Origin: Amphiscolops sp. MND2022
Lineage: Eukaryota
Assembly: GCA_964187785.1 (NCBI GenBank)
Contig: OZ076409.1
Location: 47,556,001 to 47,620,000, forward strand
Reading direction: 5' to 3'
DNA: 64,000 nt
The notes beneath the pieces are model-generated. The model made no database searches. It had not been told where the DNA came from and saw only the letters and a list, made by a program, of their open reading frames with translations. The translations under genes were made by a program, and so were the position numbers. Positions 12,867 through 25,121 of the stretch are shown here, in pieces; positions within the stretch are counted from its first letter, which is position 1; each line of letters begins with the position of its first letter.

Positions 12867-13615
12867 CTCCCCCTGGGATTAACATGAAGCAGCCTTCTTT
12901 CGTCCCTTCTAAGAACGCCAGTCTTCTTGCATTGAATTGCTCTGGAGATTCCCCCAAATGGCTGTTTTGTGTAGGTAATCAATTACCGCTTCGTCCTGGA
13001 TCTGTTTGACTGATTTTCCACAAATTAGGCAGTTTGTGCAGCCCATGATGTAAGAGTTGTCATCGCCGCTAGGTTCTTTAAAGTGGATACCACTTGGACA
13101 TTGCTGATTGTTATTTGTAGTTGTCTCTGCCACTGCTCTGCAGTCACCTGTTGGGTACTTGTCCACAGCGGGGGTGACAATGGTGTATCCACCATCGGGA
13201 TCAATTGGCTACAAATATTGATTGGGTGTTCGTTTCTCAATCTCGGGTCCCTTGCTACTGGCCCTCTCCCCATTCCTAAGTCAAAATATCCGGCGTTGAA
13301 CATAGGTCCGGGGATGTACGAGAGCCTGGAATTCTCCGCATAATTTTCTTCCTGCTTGCTTGAGCATGAGGGTACTGGGATGCTCTCAGAGGCTGCCGGG
13401 AGCTCCATCTGCGTTTCTACACACTGTGCTAGCATGGCCACCTTATCATCGTCGGACAAACTGTCCAGATCGTCTACTGACGCACTGCTTGCACTTTCCA
13501 TCTCGTCCTCGCTGGATATATAGATTATCCCGTCTCCAGGGGCCGCTCCTGGAAAGTCTTCTGGGTAGTACTCAGGGGACTCCAGGTCGAAGTGACTTGA
13601 CAAGAACTTGTCCAT
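12733..13615 (-). pseudogene. Accessory sense ORF3 (SIM-like IIYISSEDE, CxxCxxCGK), frameshifted, C-terminus inside LTR
   Basis: ORFs 13025..13615, 12909..13166 and 12733..12957 join by frameshifts. Homologous to 32131-32795 (B) and 40920-41945 (C). Confidence 0.75.
12867..12874 (-). promoter_or_regulatory. Polypurine tract of element A
   Basis: AGGGGGAG on - immediately 5' of the LTR TG. Confidence 0.7.
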
Positions 13616-14916
13616 AATTATATTCTTAGCAATTTTGGAAAAGATTTATCAATTTTGAGTTTTTGGTTTTGAGAAAGCAACTGATCGCCGAGAAAGACAC
13701 TGAAACAATGGCGATCTTCCCCTACGCCAACTTGCGGGAGTTTCGTTTCAGTTTCCCGGGGTTTCGCGTTTCCCCCGATGGATAAATTTTCAATAACATA
13801 ATTCCTTCTTTATAAAATCTTTTAACTAGTCGCTCTGTCTTCTTTGATAATGCCGATCATGGTCTTGCTGGCTTACATCAACTCTGTCAACGCAACGCTT
13901 CCATATTAAGAGCGTCGCTTTAAGTGTTTATTAACACTCATCTAGCACTTGAGGGTTTCAAGAGGATGAATATATGGCAGTCCGCCACACCGTCCACCAC
14001 CAATCTGATCAGCCAATAGGAATGCAGCCTAACTCCCTCCAAGTTAAAATGGCTCCTCAAGGTCGTAAATCCATATAAGGAATAATGTAAAATGACCTTG
14101 AAACTAAAAAAAAAATAATAAAATCATGAAATAATTTATAAAAAGGTAAAGTTTCGAATTAAATAAATAGATGTAGATATCGCTGGCAGAGGCTATCCAC
14201 ATAAAGGCGTAAATTGTAAATAACTTTAAATTTGACTCCAAACTGTATAAGCACGAACTCCAATTTCGACATCTTGTCACATTACCGATTCAACTTCTAA
14301 TTCTTTACATTCAATTCCGCATCGTATTATTCTTTCTTCTTATCCAGTATTTAATCACTGTCGTATATACCATCATCAGTGTTTGTTCGATAATTAGTCA
14401 ATAAGTCTTTCATTGTTTTTATTTATATTCTTCTTTACCATCATCTTCTTCTTGGGACTCCAATTGCCCTCACTCGTGTGGGTTTTCTAGGATTTTACCG
14501 GACAATCGACATCCAGTCCCTTTCTTGGCATCCCCAGCTAGCTTAAATTTTCGTTCTTCCCCCAACGAGACAGATCGTCAGTCAAATTCTGGGAACACTC
14601 TGGTTGCTCCAGACAATTGTGCCCAAATTCCAAACATCTATATTGCAGCAAATTCCTTTCACAGACTTTTTGTCTTCTTTGCAACATCTGGATTAATTCT
14701 GATTGCTTCACAGTACCAAGTAAGTTGATGTTCTTCTGAGTTCGAACAAGAATTAGGCTTGATTAGGGCTCTAATCACTTTCGTAGACTTCCTGTCCAAG
14801 TAACACAAGTGTTCACAAGTGTTCAAACGAATCTACTTCCAGAAGATTTTCTAACGCGGTAAATGGACTCTAATTCAGGAAAGTTCCCGCTTGATCTTTT
14901 CTCTTTTTATTTAGAC

Positions 14917-17900
14917 ATGTCGTCAGAGAATATAACAGAAGAGAACACCTCATAGCTTCCTAGTACAGCAGAAAACGAACAGCCATCAAATCCAGCTTTG
15001 AATGCAATTACAGCAACACAAGCTAGCAATCAAGAAGCCTCTGGAACTAGTCGTGAAGCACCACTCCCAGTCCTTCCACAGAAGAAAATGTTAGTGCCTA
15101 TGTCGAACGGACACTGCAAGAATTAGGCCAACATCCAGAGGGGCGTTTCCTTTCGGCTCCAAAAGCTGAGAAGGAAATCCAACCGTTGGCACCAGGGGTC
15201 CCAAAAGCATCTGTGTCCGATGTAGTTATCGAGGCCTTCACTAGAATGGAAAGCATCCCGGATGATGAAATGGACATCGACAAACCTGATGATGAAATGA
15301 GTGAGACAAGCCGTTTCAAGCTCAAAGCAGACTTCTTTCAAACTGACACAAGCGAGGTCGAGGACTTGTACGATAGCGTAGGCGCAGACACTACGACCAA
15401 CAAGCCTACCCTGATAGCTCCAACGGTCGTTGATCCAAATGCACCGAGCCACGAAGACCCAGGTGGGGTCCAATTGGATGATATTGCCAGTGTAGTAACG
15501 AGGGCGCGCCTCCCAAAGGACACTTCTGCTCTCACCGTCCCAGGACGAGCCTTGCTCAAAAAATACTTTTCTGAAGCACCACCAGTTCGTTTGCCCATTG
15601 CCCATCGGACATTGGCCCTCAGTGAATCTCAAGTTCACACCTTGATGAAAGTCGTCTCGGACGAGGCCGATGCTTCGTCCCTCCGTACAGTTCAGGCATT
15701 GGTCAGCGAAACTTTGAAGGCGGGAGGACGGTTGTACAGCGGAGGACTCGTCCCTAGTGGAACTCGCCCAACGCGCAGCATTTCTGAGAGTTCTGGAGAG
15801 GACCTTAGCCGAGGAGGTCACACCACGGACGATTACTCCAGTGGGGCCCTCAGCTCTTATGATGAGTTTTTCGCGAGATTTTTAGGCAAGTCAAGCTACC
15901 CCTAGTGCCCGCCAGTGATCAGCCTTCGACGTCTGTCCCGACTAGGCCAGAAGGAATAGCACTAGTCCTGGGTTCACTGCTTCTGACTGTCCGCCACTGG
16001 CTCAGTTGCGTCCGACTCCAGAGGGGCCAAGTACCCCAAGGCCAGTTTGTAAGCGGAGGAGGATGGCTGGATCCACAGGCAAAGTCATAAAGGGGGCCAA
16101 TTTTGAGGGTATCAAACGGACCAGGACCTTCGTGACCGGACCCCTTGATCCCGAACAAAACAGGCATCAGTTCTATTGCCAAATATTCAAGGCCAACATA
16201 TCAATCTTTTCGAAGGGGGCACGCGAGATTGCCAGACACTATCAGTCCGAATCACACCTTCGCAAAGATCAACGTTGAAGATTTGAACATCTACGAAGTG
16301 TCGACAAAGTCACTAGGCAAATCAGACCGTGGCAAAGGTGAAGTCCGTGGCAAAGACGGACGGGTCTTAACTGCACTAGAAATGGAGAAAGAAAAGCCAT
16401 TATTTGAGAACGCCGTTTTAGTGGACATTGGGGACAAACACCTGTTCTACAATGACTACATAGCTGGAGGTACTTCATCATTTAGTTTTGAAGAAACCAG
16501 ACTCTGCACACAGTCTTCCTTAATCGGGTACTTTGTTCCTCGAGGTGGTGACGTCCTCGTCTTGCAGGCTTTGTGGAACCAAGTGAGCATTGCGGCCAAC
16601 CACAAAGAACCTTTCTCACCTCTTGACTGGGGAGCAACAACATTGACTGTAAATATCTACTTCCTTTGAAATGTAGACTCTTAGGTACCACATTCTTTTA
16701 TTGACACAATTAGTCCCTTTTGGTTCTAGACTATCTTCCACCACGACTTCCTCTGTGGCATGAGTGACATTGCACATCACGTTAACAACTCTGGCAAGTA
16801 CTCCCTCGAATTCGAGTCTGTGGACATGCAATGCGTGGTCTCTATTCGCTTCTGGAAAGGGGACCACCTGTCCACAGTCCGTCTCTTGCGTTACCGCCTT
16901 GCTAGTGAACATGCCGCAGGAATGTTGACTGCCGTAGCCCGAATTTTCTCTTTCTTGTCAGTACAGCCACAGATAGTCAGTGTGTCAGGGTGTCCTTCCG
17001 AGCTGATTCCAGTATTGGAGCAGTCTAAGCTCTTGACCAAGGGAATACAATACCCTTTCCGATTTGCCTAAAATTATGCATCAGCGCTGGGGAAGTGTCT
17101 TCGGGGGCATCAACTTCTTTTCCCAGCTTCGTTTCCTGATCACGATCCTGGATGGCTGTCAGGACCAAGTCTGGGCCACTCAGTCGCCAGAACTCAGCAA
17201 GGTAAATATAGACTTGTCCTCCTATGGGGGGAATGACTAGATGGTCACAATTTTGTTTTGATTCTTCCGTTTTGGCAATCTCAACTTGCAAGCTGGAAAT
17301 CACGTCCACACTCGCAATCTTATCAGAGTTTCTAGCTGACTGGAAGGCCGTGCGAGATTTCATGACGCGTATTGCTCCTACACAAGAGAACCAAGGTGTA
17401 CGGCATAGGCCCCAGAGTCAGGAGTGGAACATCATCGGGGATGAATTCTTTCATTTTAAATTTGAAGTCTTTGGCCGAATTGCCCGTGATTGTTAGTATT
17501 TTCCAACTGGTATAAACAAGTACAAATGTTAGCATGTGCTCATATATAAGTAGTTCTTGAATTGTGTTAGTAGGATTGAAGGTCAATGTGTCATGCGCTG
17601 GCATAATTTAAATGGTATTGTTATCTTTACAGACATCAAGTGCTTTGAGGGCAGTCTCTCACGACGAAAGGAATCCAGTTTCGTCACATATCGGGAATTA
17701 CGGCATTTCATTCGGAAACTGTGCTACCAATCCTTACTACCCAAACATTCGCCGGGTGAATCAGATTGGGCAAGGTTGTCCGCCTTGCAAGGACAAACCC
17801 TCACACAGCTCTCCAGTCGGGATTTCCTCCATCGGCTCAAGTTGAATGAGATCTAGATGCTGCTTGTCGGATTCGTGCTTAACAAGAAATCGATGATCAA

Positions 17901-18781
17901 CAGAGCGTGCATACAGACTTTGAGGCCGCTGTAGAGTCGATCAAGGAAGAATTCGTTGTTGAAGCACGAAATTATCTGGTCTTCCTGCTCGAGCGATTTC
18001 TAGTTGACATCACCTTCAATTCTGACATGGTCAATGGCATGAGTTGTTTCGACCCTGTGGTTCTTATATCAGTGCCATACGAGCAGGCTGCTCTATAATT
18101 CTCAACACTCTACTATTCTTTTAGTCTCCGCGAGTGGATGGTCAATACTCCTGAGGTCGAGGCCCGGGACGAGTACCTCGAGTTTCTGGACTTCTTCCGC
18201 AATAAGAGGACTTCCGAGATGCCCCTGAGACCTTTACTGACATGATCGAATTGCTTTCCCCTATTCCTGAGCTGAGATCTTGCAAACATCTCTTCTTTCT
18301 TTTTCAGCTAAGCTGTCTCTGTCTGACTTCGCAACTTCCCACTTTGCCTGCTTTTAGATTTCAAGGGGTAGACAGCAGTGATCATCGTTGTCGAAAGTCC
18401 GACGTCATCCTCCCTGCCCATTCGTATCTTTCCCATGTAGTTGGGTCAGTTGCAGTGTGTACCGCCGAAGCCTGGCTGGACAAATATCGAGAACTTGAAT
18501 CTAGCTTCGCTGAAGGGAATGTTGCTGGTAACCCCTGGGTCCATATAAATAGTTTCGGTGAACTCAACCTCCAAAAGGCTCTCATTTCTGCCCGAAAGGC
18601 TTTACGAGAGAAGCCACGATCCTCAAGTCGATCTCCCGCCTCATCAGTATCCAGCACTGGGGGGCGCCCAGGCAATCGGTGTCCGAGTAAGAACAAGAAA
18701 GGAGTGAAATTTGGAACTACCTCCTTTTCTGATACGCCCGCACCTAATGAAGCCTTGCTGCCAGGAAGCAGTGAAGACTAA
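14917..18781 (+). pseudogene. Antisense spliced accessory gene: acidic/disordered N-terminus, BED-like Zn finger, hAT-transposase-like body
   Basis: ATG after TTTAG|AC. FYCQIFKANISIFSKGAREIARHYQSESH; YSLEFESVDMQCVVSIRFW; EEFVVEARNYLVFLLERF...NGMSCFDP. Intron 16649-16729 joins ORF 16145 in frame to ORF 16760. Homologs in B and C. Confidence 0.8.
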
Positions 18782-19006
18782 ATGTACATAGTGTACATTT
18801 GTTTGGTAGCTGAATGATTTTGTATTCATTATGATATCTATGTCTCCTTTGTTTGTTTTATATTTTGACGTTATCTGTTGTATTTCTAGGCCGTCTGGCC
18901 TATTCGACATTGTCTTCGTTTGTGTATAGTCAGTAAAGTCCAGTAAAGAATAGTAAGTCAGTTTGTCAGTCTACAAGACTAACTGGACGCTAATTTACAT
19001 ATCTTG

Positions 19007-22000
19007 CTAGTATCTGTTTTCTTCAATAAAGTTGGGGTTGGGGTTAAGTCGAAGAACTTATTTCCCTCCTCTAAGGCTAGAAGTTTCTTCATTTTTTTCA
19101 TTTTCCAATATTCCGGGCACGGTTATATCTGCGCCTCCATTTGAAGCAATTTCCGTGTTTTCTAAATCATTAGTGACGTCTTTTTCATTTTGAGTCCCAT
19201 TAGTCGGTTCATTCAGTGGTGACGACAGGCCTCGGCTATTATCTGGCTGCGTTCGTATTTCATTCTCGTTGACGTCATCTTCGTTCATTCGTTCGTTGCA
19301 GCTTTCATTCTCGCTTGCGCTGCTGCGTTAATTCTCGATGACGTAATGGTCCAAGCTGTCTTTCTCGTTATCGGTCGGCCGGCATGCATGTGGCCACGTC
19401 AGTCCAATCTTCTTTTCTCGGTTCAAACAATTCGTATTCAAAGTCCACTTCCCATGAGATAGAGTACAAGTCGTCTTGTGGTATTACTATCTCATTGTCG
19501 GGTTGTAATTTTTCGCCATCATATTTGTCCTCTAAGGGGGCATTCGGTACAAATTTTTTATATCTAATACGATGAAGTGTTTGCGTTTTGTTTGTATTTA
19601 ATCGACGCACCATGTAATTGTCGCTGGACAGTACTTTTTTAACGACAAACGGGCCAATCCACCTGTATTCCCTGATTCGGATTTTTGATGCTTGACTATC
19701 CGGTTTAGTTTGTAGGACAAAACAGTATTCCTTGTCTCTCAGCGGAGCAGCTTTGGCCTTCCGGTCGTAATAGTTCTTGTATTTCGAATAGGACTGCATT
19801 AATTTCTTTTTGGTTTGATCAATGAGGATTTGTGTCCTCTGTTGTACTTCTTCCGCAAATTCCGTAGTTGGCAAGAAATTTTTATTGGGATTGTTTCCCA
19901 ATTTATGATCAAGGATGTTGAAGGGAATTCGGCCATGGAAGACTTTACTACGCTCACATCCAATACTGGAATGGTATGTAGTATTATAGTTGAGCACAGA
20001 CAATGGCAGGTATTTGTGCCATTGTCGTCGATATTCCCCTGAGGCCATTTTCAAATTGGTCTTCAGTGAGGCGTGCGTCCTTTCAAGCTTGCCCATTGTT
20101 TGCGGGTGCTTTGTAGTGGCGCATTTAAGTGTTATTCCCAAGATTTGAGTTGATTCAGCTATGATGGTCGATGTAAATGCGGACCTTTGTCCGTAATGTG
20201 AGTTGTCGGTAAATATGAATGTTTGTCATGATGTCTAATATCACATTGGCTACATTTGTTGCTGTCGCTTCACTTAGAAAGTAGGCAAATAGGTATCTTG
20301 ATAAGACATCAATGGCTTTCATTTTCTATCTGGTATCCGCTGCTGGTTGGTAGATTTGGTAATCAATCAATTAGCATGGCATCTTCAGGACCGAAGTCCC
20401 ATTCTGGCAAATTTACCAATTCAGGTGTAATGGTATTATTAGGGACTCTCTTGTCTCTGGCACACGTTTCACAGCCTTCGGCCCATTTCTTGACATGTTT
20501 TGCTATGCCAGGGTAGTCGTATGTTTGGTGAATTTCCTGTAGCATTTTAGAAGTGCCTGGATGTCGATGTGCCCTGCCATGTATTGCATGCATTAATTCT
20601 TTCAGCAGATGTTTGGGTAGTAAAATCTGGTGGTATTTGATTTGTTCTGTTTCATCGTAATACTGTCTTGTCACAATTTCGTCCTTGAGGACTATTCGGT
20701 CCAAATCATTCAAGTAATGTTTATATCGGATGCCCTGTTTTAGGATTTCTTCAGAGTATTCTTCGTTCTGAATTTTTGCTTTCAGCTGAAGCAAGATCGG
20801 ATCTTTGGATTGTTCTAACAGTATTTGGTTTGTTCTGCGTAGTTTCTGAGTGAAACTGGTAATTCGTCTATTACATTCTCAGAAATGGCATCGATTTGGA
20901 TGACGGTCTCCGCGACCTTGAGTCCTGCTTTTGATTGCCTTTTCTTTTCCCAAATTTGTTCTTCTGTTTCATTGTCTTCTTCGGTAAAAAACACTTGCTC
21001 TTCAGACACGCCGGCTGATTGGATATTGACTCCAATAGGTTTTGTTTCAACGTCTGCGCGTATTTTCAGGACCAACTTTTCAGTGGGATCCATTTCCATA
21101 CGGGACAGGTAGTCCGCTGCTGTATTGTTCTTGCCTGGAATATGAGCTATAGTGAAATTGAACTGAATGACAAAACCGCAAGCATTCGATAGTGGCGGTG
21201 GTATTATCTTGTGACCGATTTGTTATCCGCAAGGACAATTACTGGTTTGGGTGTTCCCCAGAGTATATGTCCGAATTCTGTGAAGGCGCATTATATGGCT
21301 AGGAATTTCTTCGCATGTATTGACATTTTAGGCTGGGAAGGAATAAAAGTTTCCGAGCCATAGGCAATAGGCGCATAGGATTTTTTGACTGAAGTATTTT
21401 TCTGGTTTGGATCGTCTTCGGTAAGAATAGCATATCCTGCTGCTATGAAGCTGGCATCTGTCATCAGGACTAGTTGTCGATTTGGCAGTGGCTGCCTCAG
21501 AGCTAGCTGGCTGCATCGATCCAAATCTCTATTGATTTCATTGAATTGTTCGACCAATTCTGTTGTTACTAAGACCTTCTTGTCCTTCTTAAGTAGTTGA
21601 AAGAAAGGAACCAGTTTTTCTGACATTCTCGTTATAGAGTTTCTGTAATAGTTGAAGAATACAAAGTATCGTTGCAAGGCTTTTTTGGATTGTGGGAATT
21701 TCGTTTTTTTCCTAGGAAAATGGTATTGCTTTCTTTTTGAGGCTTTACGCCCTCAGTGGTGATTGTGCTCCCTAGGAAGTCAATTTCAGTTGCTCCAAAA
21801 TGACATTTGTGCATGATCTATTTTGATCCTGCCTCCCTGATGCTTTCAAACGTTGCTCAGAGGTTTTTGATCAAATGTTCGGCATCGTTTGTCGCTATGC
21901 CAATATCGTCGACATATTGTGCGCACTGGTTGACCTTGATAACACGGTCCAAGTATTCTCTCATGAAACTGGAGAAGGCCAACAGGGCTCGACTGAGTCC

Positions 22001-22306
22001 TTGTGCCAATCTTCTGTAAGCGAATGTTCTGCTGGCAATGTTGAAGGCCAGCATTTCAATGGACCTTTGGTCCGCCATCTGAAGGCAGTGATACGCCTGC
22101 GAACAGTTTACGAAAAAGCTTTTTCACGGCCATGTGTTGCGCGGCGTCCGTCAGGGTACTGACTGGATGGTTGTTATTGATGTAGTCATCACAGATTAGG
22201 TTATTGATCTTCCTGAGGTCAACCAGCAGTCGTAGTTTTCCAATGGTCTTCTTTTGCGCAAAAATAGTACTGGCGTACTTTGAGAATGGTAATGTAGTTA
22301 TACCAC
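19007..22306 (-). pseudogene. pol: Gypsy pol (RT, RNase H, integrase), frameshifted
   Basis: LRLLVDLRKIN, CAQYVDDIGIA (RT). LMTDASFIAAGYAIL (RNase H). HGRAHRHPG...CETC (IN Zn finger). HPQTMGKLERTH (IN core). WIGPF (GPY/F). Confidence 0.95.
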
Positions 22307-24955
22307 GGAGCTACTACAGCTTTTCAACGAAATCAACAGAGACATTGACAAGTGCAGTCAATTGGCTTTCAAGCAGCCACTGCCGAACAAACAACTAGTC
22401 CTAATGACTAATGCTAGCTTTACAGCAGCCGGGTATGCCATTCTCGCCGGCGACCCAAATCAGAAAGACACTTCAGTCGAAAAAACACAAGTCCTATCGC
22501 ATATGGCTCTAAGGTTTCCACGCCATCACTACTCAATATTTCAATATACGCCAAAGGATTCTTAGCTATCTACTACGCATTCAAAGAATTTGGACATATC
22601 TTCTGGGGAACTCCCAAACTGATCACTATCCTTACGGACAACAAATCGGTAACTAGGTTTTTCCAGACGAAAATAAACGACTGGAACGCCTGTGACTAGA
22701 AACAATCTGGAACTCTTGTGACTACGTAATAAAATTCAACTTTGTCATAGCACATATTCCAGGGAAAAACAAAACCGCAGCCGACTACCTAACTTGCATG
22801 GAAATGGACCACAAGGAGAAACTAATCCTGAAAATACCCGAAGATATTGAAACTCAGCCCATTGAGGTAAATCTTCAATCGGCAGGTGTATCAGAAGAGG
22901 AACAAGTCTTCTTCTCTTCTTCACTGAAGACGATCACGAAACAGAAGTGCAAAATGGGAGCGTAAAAACCTAGTCGAAACAACCCAATCGACCAAGAAGT
23001 CGTAGTCAAAATTGATGCAATATCTGAAAATAAAGTTGACGAAATCACTAATTTTACCCGGAAATTACGTAGAACGAATCGAATTCTGCTTGAGCAATCC
23101 AAAGATCCTATATTAATACAACTCGAAGCCAAAAATCAGAACGAAGACTACTCTGAAGAAATTCTACAAAAAATTGTTCGATATTATCACTACTTCAACA
23201 ATTTGGACCGAATAAACCACAAGTCACCCGCTAATACTTTGATGAAACTGGGCAATCAGATATCACCAAATACTCTTACCGAAACACCTGCTAAGAGAGC
23301 TTTTACATGCGTTACATGGAACCGCTCACAAACATTCTGGCATATTCAAAATGTTGCAGGGAATTCTCCAGAAAAAACATTACCCCGGAATAGCTAATCA
23401 TGTAAAAAGATAGGTAGAAGGAGGCGAAATTTGTGCAAACTATTAACGTGTTCCAAATATCTCAATAACACCTGAACTGCAATATTTGAACGAATGGGAC
23501 CTTGAACAAGAGGACGCAATGCGAATCGACTTCTTACCGAACCTACCAAAAAGTGGAGGCAACCAAACGGTGATGACGACTATGGATGTTTTCTCAAGAA
23601 ACCTGTTTGCCTACCCGTTAGTTGAGACCACCGCCTCAAACACGGCAAAGTACCTAATCAACCTGATGACAAAACATGCATATTTGCCGACACCGCTCAT
23701 CACTGATAAAAGAACCGCATTTACGACAAAAATTTTTGCAGAAATAACGCGAAATCTTGGAATCACGCTAAAGTCGATGCCGCAAACAATTGGCAAGCTT
23801 GAGAGGACTCACGCTTCAATAAAAACGAATTTGAAAATAGCTTCAGGGGAATATCACCGCCATTGGCAAAAATACTTGCCAATTACAATACTACCTACCA
23901 TTCCAATAATGGCTGTGAGCCGAGCAAAATCTTTATGGACGAATTCCCTACAATGTCCTAGATCATAAACATGGAAATAATCCCAATAAAAATTTCTTGC
24001 CCACGACGGAATTTGCAAGAATTACAACAGCGAACGCAAATTCTCATTGATAAAACGAAGCAACTTTTTCTGCAGTTATACTTGAAATACAAAGAATTTT
24101 ATGACCGCAAAGCCAAGGCAGCCCCTCGGAACGAAAAAGAGTTTTGTTTTATTTTGCAGCCTCAAGCAGATAACCAAGGATCAAAAATACCGTTGAAAGA
24201 GTACCGTTTGATTGGTTCTTTTCGAATTGAAAAAGTGTTACCTAACGACAAATAGATTTTGCGGCGTGTAAAAACAAATAAAACACAATTACTACATCGA
24301 ATCAGACTGAATAATTTTGTCCCAAGACACCCTTAGAGGACCAATATTCCGAAGAGAAACTACAACCTGATGACGAAAAAATCGTTCCGCAAGATGACTT
24401 ATACACCATTACAAGGGAAGCCGATTTTGACTACCAAGTCTTCGAGCCGAGACAAGACCATAATCCGAATGGAGCAGCGCAAGCACCAGAGAACAATGCA
24501 ACCAGCGCAACTAGTGATTACGTCATTTATGTTAATGCAGATGACAACGCGGTAAGGCCGAGACCGGCCATCAGCCGAGACGGCATACTCTCACGAAATG
24601 CAAATGACGTCACCGAAGGAAATGACCGGAGCAATATGAATGAACACGAAGTAACGCCGCGTGCGGCCACTAGCCGAGACCACCTAATCTTACACGATGA
24701 AGATGACATCAAAGAAAGGCCGAACACAGCCACTAGCCGAGATAACCGAATTATTGGCAACATGCCTATTGACTCATGAAACGATTTAGATGATGGTATT
24801 AGTAATTCTCCTAAAAGAGGGGAGGATAATCGCGTGCCCGGAACATCGGATGATGAAAGAATGAAAACTCAAATGAAACATCTAGCTCCAGAGGAGGGAG
24901 ATACAACCTTTGGTCTAACTCCACCCCCATCTTCACTGATGAATACAGATTTCAG
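22307..24955 (+). pseudogene. pol: Gypsy pol fragment (RNase H, integrase)
   Basis: KQPLPNKQLVLMTNASFTAAGYAIL; MRIDFLPNLPKSGG...MDVFSR; ITDKRTAFT; QTIGKLERTHAS; C-terminal GGRYNL as in A. Confidence 0.9.
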
Positions 24956-25121
24956 TCAGAAACGCTAAAATTAGTTCCTTTACTCTAATTTCCCGAAAAG
25001 ACATGTTTTTTCACTGGAACTTATCTGACTTACTATTCTGATAGACCGACTGTCTAAATACAGAAACAAATAATATAAAACAGAAATTCACAAAATGGAG
25101 AGTCTAGATAGCAAATGTACT

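Larger units (their letters stand above)
11362..22306 (-). mobile_element. Gypsy LTR retrotransposon A (5'-truncated): pol + antisense gene + ORF3 + 3' LTR
   Basis: RT, RNase H and integrase fragments on -, then an antisense gene, a sense ORF, PPT and an LTR homologous to the solo LTRs. Confidence 0.85.

Noticed and set aside
15123..15821. 232-aa minus-strand ORF
   Set aside because: Opposite-strand shadow of the antisense gene, with no counterpart recognised in B or C.
12733..18781. Extra ORFs as env
   Set aside because: No signal peptide, furin/fusion motif or C-terminal TM segment is evident. The large gene is antisense and spliced.
14917..18781. Antisense gene as an independently inserted DNA transposon or a host gene
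   Set aside because: No TIR/TSD is seen around it, and it has the same position and orientation in three diverged retroelements.
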